A stretch of DNA of 64,000 nucleotides from an uncultured Candidatus Rokubacteria bacterium. Lineage in GTDB: Bacteria; Methylomirabilota; Methylomirabilia; Rokubacteriales; CSP1-6. The translations under genes and the position numbers were made by a program. The stretch lies in assembly GCA_963762145.1 (NCBI GenBank), contig CAVXJS010000015.1, positions 192,001 through 256,000 on the forward strand, written 5' to 3'. Shown here piece by piece: positions 57,928-64,000 of the stretch; the stretch's first letter is position 1, and the number at the start of each line of letters is the position of its first letter. The notes under the pieces are model-generated. The model saw only the letters and a program-made list of their open reading frames with translations, made no database searches and was not told the origin of the DNA.

Positions 57928-60900
57928 ATGAAGTGTCCCCGCTGCCAGCACGAGAACGAAGCGGGCGCGAAGTTCTGCGAGGAGTGCGCCACGCCGCTGG
58001 CTCGGGCATGCGCCAAGTGCGGTCGAAAACTGTCGCCAACAGCGAAGTTCTGCCCTGAGTGTGCGCACGCAACCGGCTTACCTGCCGCGCCGCCACCGGC
58101 TCAGCGATTCGACTCCCCGGAGTCCTACACCCCCAAGCACCTGGCCGAGAAGATCCTCACCTCGAAAGCGGCCCTGGAAGGCGAGCGCAAGCAAGTCACG
58201 GTCCTCTTCGCCGACCTCAAGGGGTCGATGGAACTACTCGCCGACCGCGACCCAGAGGAAGCGCGGAAGTTACTCGACCCCGTGCTCGAACGGATGATGG
58301 AGGCCGTTCACCGCTACGAGGGCACGGTCAACCAGGTCATGGGTGACGGGATCATGGCCCTCTTCGGAGCACCCCTTGCCCACGAGGACCACGCCGTACG
58401 CGCATGCTATGCGGCCCTCGATATGCAAGCGGCGATTGGCCGAGATGCGGAACGCGTCCGGCGCTCCCACGGAATCTCGATCGAGATCCGCGTCGGGTTG
58501 AACTCCGGCGAGGTCGTGGTCCGTGCGATCGGCAGCGATCTACACATGGACTACACCGCCGTTGGCCAGACCACCCATCTGGCTGCCAGGATGGAGCAAC
58601 TTGCGACTGGCAGCAGAAGTCTCCTTACCGCCGGCACCTTGCGGCTCGCGGAGGGCTACGTCGAGGCAAAGCCCCTGGGGCCAGTTCCCGTGAAAGGGCT
58701 CGACGCTCCCGTCGAAGTCTTCGAGCTGACGGGCGCGGGTCCTCTTCGATCACGCCTGCGGGTGGCGGCGGCGCGCGGGCTCACCAAGTTCGTCGGGCGC
58801 GACACGGAGTTCGAGCAGCTGCGACGGGCGCTCAGCCGTACGGCGTCTGGCCACGGCCAAGTCGTCGCGATGGTCGGCGAGCCAGGCGTGGGCAAGTCGC
58901 GGTTGGTGTGGGAGTTGACGCATTTTCACCAGACGCACGGCTGGCTGATCGTGCAAGGGGGCTCCGTTTCATACGGGAAAGCGACGCCGTATCTGCCTGT
59001 CATCGACCTGCTGAAGGGCTACTTCCAGATCGCGGACCAGGACGACCACCGAAGGATTCACGAAAAGGTGCTTGGGAAGCTGCTGACCCTCGACGAGGGG
59101 CTCCGTCCCGTGCTGCCCGCGGTGCTGGCATTGCTCGACGTGCCGGTCGAGGAGGCCGAGTGGCTGGGGCTCGATCCACCTCAGCGTCGGCAGCGCACGC
59201 TGGATGCGGTCAAGCGGGTGGTCCTCCGGGAGAGTCAACTCCAGCCGCTGCTGATGGTGTTCGAGGATCTCCACTGGATCGATTCCGAGACGCAGGCGTT
59301 GCTTGATGGTCTGGTGGAGAGCATCCCAGCGGCGCGCCTGCTCTTGCTCGTGAACTATCGGCCCGAGTATCGACATGAGTGGGGGAGCAAGACGTACTAC
59401 ACGCAACTGCGGTTGGACCCGCTGCCGCCGGAGAGTGCGGAGGCGCTCCTTGACGCGCTGCTCGGACTAGACCCGACCTTCGGTGATGTGCGGCGACTAC
59501 TCACCGCGCGGACGCAGGGGAATCCGTTCTTCCTGGAAGAGAGCGTGCGCAGCCTGGTCGAGACTGGTGCACTCGTTGGGGATCGTGGCGCCTACCATCT
59601 CAGTCGATCCGTCTCGACGATCGAGATCCCGGCGACGGTCCAGGCGGTTCTCGCCGCCCGGATCGACCGGCTGCCCGAGGAGGAGAAGAACCTCCTCCAG
59701 ACCGCCGCGGTGGTTGGGAGGGACGTATCCTTCGGCGTTCTCGAGGCCATCGTCGACCGCCCGATCAAGGACCTGCGTCCCGGTCTCGCGTCTCTCCAGG
59801 CTGCCGAATTCCTGTACGAGGCCAGCACGTCGCCCGACCTCGAGTACACCTTCAAGCACGCCTTGACGCAGGAGGTCGCGTATCAATCGCTTTTGAAGGA
59901 GAGTCGCGCCCGACGGCACGAAGATATCGCGCAGGTCCTGGAGCAGCGGTTCCCCAGCCTCGCGGAGACCCGCCCGGACCTTCTCGCCCATCACTACACC
60001 GAGGCGGGACTAGGTGCGCGCGCCATTCCATACTGGCACCGAGCCGGGCAGCGGGCGAGCGAGCGCTCCGCCCACCTCGAGGCGATCGCGCACCTGACGA
60101 GGGGGCTCGAGCTGGTCGCGATCCTTCCAGCGGGAACGGAGCACATCCCGCAGGAACTCGAGCTTCAGGCCGCGCTCGCGGTGTCGTTGATGGCAACCCA
60201 GGGCTTCGCGGCCCCGGAGGTCGGTCGCGCATACGCCCGGCTGCGGGAGCTGTGCGGGTATGCGGGCGAGACGGCGCAGGTCGGCGATGCCGTTGCCGGG
60301 CTCTGCGTCTATCACATCGTGCGGGCGGAGTTTGTCCCTGCTCGTGAGCTCGGGGAGGAGCTCCTCCGCCTGGGTCAACGGGTCCTGGACCCGGAGCTCC
60401 TGCTGCTCGCTCACAACGCACTCATGGGCGTACTGTTTCGGATGGGTGAGTTCGCAGGGTCGCTCGACCACGCGGAGCAGGGCGTCGCCCTCCACGACTC
60501 GGGCCAGCATCGCGCTCACGCAGTCCGTCATGGCTTCGATCCAGGCACGAACCTCCGGGCCGGAGGCGCCTGGACGCTGTGGATGCTCGGCTACCCGGAC
60601 CGGGCGTTGCGGTGGGCCTCGGAGGCGGTCGTGCTCGCCCGTGAGCTTGGACACCAGCACACCCTCGCGCAAACTCTCTATTACGCGGCCCGGCTCCACC
60701 AGTTCCGCCGAGACCCGCACGCCGTGGCCGAGCACGCGGAGGCTTGCGTGGCGATCTCAGTCGAGCATGGGTTCTCGTTCTGGCGGGCCGACGGGGAAAA
60801 GCTTCTGGGCTGGGCCCTGGCGAGGCAGGGACGGCACACGGAAGGGCTCGCTCATATCCGTGAGGGCCTGAGCGCATACCGGGCGACCGGCGCTCTGACT

Positions 60901-61305
60901 GGGGTGCCGTATGACCTCGCGCTGCTCGCCGAGGTCTGTGGCCAGGCGGGGTTGGTCGAGGAGGGCTTCGCCGCGCTCGGCGAGGCACTGGCGATCCTTG
61001 ATCGCACCGGCGAGCGGAACTATGAGGCCGAACTGCGTCGTCTTGAGGGGGAGCTGCACCTGAAGCGCGAGGAACCCACAGAAGAAGCCGAGTCCTGCTT
61101 CCGGCAAGCCCTCGACATCGCCCGCCGCCAGGGCGCACGATCCCTCGAACTGCGAACGGCGTCGAGCCTTGCCCGGCTTCTCGCGGGGCGGGATCGGCGT
61201 GGCGAGGCTCGGACAACGCTTGGCGATGTCTATGGGCGATTTACTGAAGGTTTTGACACCGCTGATCTGAGAGCCGCCGAAACCTTGCTCAAGGAACTTC
61301 TGTGA
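57928..61305 (+). CDS. Double zinc ribbon - class III adenylate/guanylate cyclase - AAA ATPase (STAND-like) - TPR protein
   Basis: CPRC/CEEC/CAKC/CPEC; ERKQVTVLFADLKGS, GDGIMALFGAP, AARME; GEPGVGKS, FEDLHW, GNPFFLEE; C-terminal FTEGFDTADL. Confidence 0.93.
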   Translation: MKCPRCQHENEAGAKFCEECATPLARACAKCGRKLSPTAKFCPECAHATGLPAAPPPAQRFDSPESYTPKHLAEKILTSKAALEGERKQVTVLFADLKGSMELLADRDPEEARKLLDPVLERMMEAVHRYEGTVNQVMGDGIMALFGAPLAHEDHAVRACYAALDMQAAIGRDAERVRRSHGISIEIRVGLNSGEVVVRAIGSDLHMDYTAVGQTTHLAARMEQLATGSRSLLTAGTLRLAEGYVEAKPLGPVPVKGLDAPVEVFELTGAGPLRSRLRVAAARGLTKFVGRDTEFEQLRRALSRTASGHGQVVAMVGEPGVGKSRLVWELTHFHQTHGWLIVQGGSVSYGKATPYLPVIDLLKGYFQIADQDDHRRIHEKVLGKLLTLDEGLRPVLPAVLALLDVPVEEAEWLGLDPPQRRQRTLDAVKRVVLRESQLQPLLMVFEDLHWIDSETQALLDGLVESIPAARLLLLVNYRPEYRHEWGSKTYYTQLRLDPLPPESAEALLDALLGLDPTFGDVRRLLTARTQGNPFFLEESVRSLVETGALVGDRGAYHLSRSVSTIEIPATVQAVLAARIDRLPEEEKNLLQTAAVVGRDVSFGVLEAIVDRPIKDLRPGLASLQAAEFLYEASTSPDLEYTFKHALTQEVAYQSLLKESRARRHEDIAQVLEQRFPSLAETRPDLLAHHYTEAGLGARAIPYWHRAGQRASERSAHLEAIAHLTRGLELVAILPAGTEHIPQELELQAALAVSLMATQGFAAPEVGRAYARLRELCGYAGETAQVGDAVAGLCVYHIVRAEFVPARELGEELLRLGQRVLDPELLLLAHNALMGVLFRMGEFAGSLDHAEQGVALHDSGQHRAHAVRHGFDPGTNLRAGGAWTLWMLGYPDRALRWASEAVVLARELGHQHTLAQTLYYAARLHQFRRDPHAVAEHAEACVAISVEHGFSFWRADGEKLLGWALARQGRHTEGLAHIREGLSAYRATGALTGVPYDLALLAEVCGQAGLVEEGFAALGEALAILDRTGERNYEAELRRLEGELHLKREEPTEEAESCFRQALDIARRQGARSLELRTASSLARLLAGRDRRGEARTTLGDVYGRFTEGFDTADLRAAETLLKELL

Positions 61306-61418
61306 CAATCCGGTCTGGGAGAGATGGGCGCGTCGCGTCGGCGTCGGCCTGCACGACGAGATGGCGCGGATACGGGCTTCGGCATCGCGTCCTGGTCCAT
61401 CTGAACCGGTCCGCAGAC

Positions 61419-61456
61419 CCCGCCGTCCCTCCTGCAGCGGGCGAATCAGGTGATCG
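61419..61456 (+). repeat. 38-bp direct repeat of the 3' end of the downstream gene (62393-62430)
   Basis: 36/38 identical; encodes PPSLLQRANQVI versus PPSLLQRADQVI. Confidence 0.85.
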
Positions 61457-61457
61457 C

Positions 61458-62435
61458 GTGATAGAGCGACGGACGTTCCTCGGAGTAGTCGCAGGCGCGC
61501 TCCTCGCCGCGCCGCTCGCCGCCGAGGCGCAGTCGGTGGCAAGCACGCCCCGGATCGCTGTGCTCGGAGTTACTGCCATGGATCCCTCGCTCGCCGAGGC
61601 CTTCAAGCAAGGGCTCGGCGAGGTCGGGTATGTGGAGGGACGAAATGTCGTCGTCGACTCCCGACACGCCGACGGCAGGCCTGAGCGGCTGTCCCAGCTC
61701 GCCCCCGACCTCGTTCGGCTCAACGTGGATGTTCTCTTCGTTCGAGGGGCTGCGGCGCTGTCGGCTGCCAAGCACGCGACCAGCCGCATTCCTATCGTTG
61801 CGGTTGATCTGGAGAGCGATCCCGTAGCAATGGGATTCGTGCGGACCCTGGCGCAGCCTGGCGGCAATATCACCGGCGTGTTTCTTGACCTCCCGGAACT
61901 GAGCGCCAAGCAGCTGCAATTGCTCACGGAAGTCATCCGGCCGATCGCTCGCGTGGCCGTCCTCGGCGATCCGGTGCTCAACGCCCCACAATTTCGGGCG
62001 ACGGACATCGCCGCGCGGTCGTTGGCGATCGAACCGCTGCCTCTGGAAGTGCGAGCGCCGAAAGACTTTGACACGGCCGTGGAAGCGGCGGTCAAAGGGC
62101 GCGCGAGCGCCGGGCTCTTGCTCTCGTCGCCGCTCGTGTTAACTGGCCGAACGCAGATCGCCGCCCTCGCGGTCAAGAGACGGCTTCCGGCCGTGTCCAT
62201 GTTCGTGGAATTCGCCGAGGCTGGCGGCCTCATGTCCTACGGCCCAAGCCTGCGCGAGGCGTTTCGGCGCAGCGGCGCCTACGCAGGTCGGATCTTGCAA
62301 GGTGCCAAAGCGGGGGAATTGCCGATACAGCGGCCGACCAAGTTCGATCTCGTGATCAACCTCAAGACGGCCAAGGCCCTCGGCCTCACGATCCCGCCGT
62401 CGCTCCTGCAGCGGGCGGATCAGGTGATCGAGTAG
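61458..62435 (+). CDS. ABC transporter substrate-binding protein (ABC_sub_bind/PF04392-like), Tat-like signal, orphan
   Basis: ERRTFL signal; GYVEGRN, LAQPGGNITG, GGLMSYG, LVINLKTAKALGLTIPPSLLQRADQVIE. Confidence 0.92.
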   Translation: MIERRTFLGVVAGALLAAPLAAEAQSVASTPRIAVLGVTAMDPSLAEAFKQGLGEVGYVEGRNVVVDSRHADGRPERLSQLAPDLVRLNVDVLFVRGAAALSAAKHATSRIPIVAVDLESDPVAMGFVRTLAQPGGNITGVFLDLPELSAKQLQLLTEVIRPIARVAVLGDPVLNAPQFRATDIAARSLAIEPLPLEVRAPKDFDTAVEAAVKGRASAGLLLSSPLVLTGRTQIAALAVKRRLPAVSMFVEFAEAGGLMSYGPSLREAFRRSGAYAGRILQGAKAGELPIQRPTKFDLVINLKTAKALGLTIPPSLLQRADQVIE

Positions 62436-62678
62436 CCAACGGGGCCCTACGCCCGTCGCGGTCGCGATCAAGCCTTGGCCGCCACGCTTCGCAAGCGCGG
62501 GCCGAACCCCCGCGCCAGGCTCGATCAAGGAGTTGCTGTCCTTACACAGTGATCTTTCAGTTGGCGAGATCGACGCGAATGGGGCCCCACACGTGAAGGA
62601 ACCGCTTGCTTGCTGATCCGGAAATGATCATGGCGCTGATGGTTAAGAACCGTGGGGCCGACGCGGCTGCCGTCCTGA

Positions 62679-64000
<1,322 letters not shown>

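Larger units (their letters stand above)
57470..62678. mobile_element. Putative integrated cargo between direct repeats; no integrase seen
   Basis: Flanked by the ~597-bp repeats; CGCAACC short repeats next to the left junction. Confidence 0.5.

Noticed and set aside
62139-62528. Minus-strand ORF containing LLDHLIRPLQERRRDREAEGLG
   Set aside because: Antisense reading of the conserved substrate-binding-protein C-terminus

Overview
High-GC bacterial DNA. The gene content suggests Candidatus Rokubacteria/Methylomirabilota (inference only): a zinc-ribbon cyclase-AAA-TPR protein, a PF04392-type substrate-binding protein, small Cys-rich proteins and many sigma54 promoters. Bases 1 to about 28,450 look like core chromosome: tartrate dehydrogenase, a SixA-methyltransferase fusion, a hybrid kinase, FAH and VOC enzymes, ApgM, M23 peptidase, rhomboid, a K+ antiporter/DHH/LapA/MgtE cluster, a GH-A+GT2/ABC/GT/PmtA operon, PhnD-like, Wza-like and ACT genes. 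About 28,450-62,700 is a patchier accessory region: a degenerate kinase plus REC-GAF-HD-GYP operon, ECF sigma/anti-sigma, di-haem cytochrome c, a PEP-CTERM protein, a phage-like small-gene run with RtcB, a 2,895-aa cyclic beta-1,2-glucan synthase, two ABC exporters, a bacterioferritin-like gene, the cyclase and the substrate-binding protein. The window ends inside a sigma54 activator gene. Main observations: (1) a diverged ~597-bp direct repeat of the activator's 3' end brackets a 5.2-kb integrase-less cargo, and a 32-bp piece of it recurs 25 kb away; (2) eight good sigma54 -24/-12 matches plus one weak one, several sharing an upstream GTA-N5-TAC palindrome and mostly in front of glycan/envelope genes; (3) a GH-A/GT2 fusion operon that may be an uncharacterised glycan (possibly cyclic glucan) system; (4) a signalling operon whose kinase and phosphodiesterase domains both look catalytically dead; (5) a 38-bp repeat flanking the substrate-binding gene like a cassette. 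Many single-base frameshifts at 18.3-21.5 kb are probably assembly errors. No rRNA, tRNA, CRISPR array, integrase or transposase was recognised.
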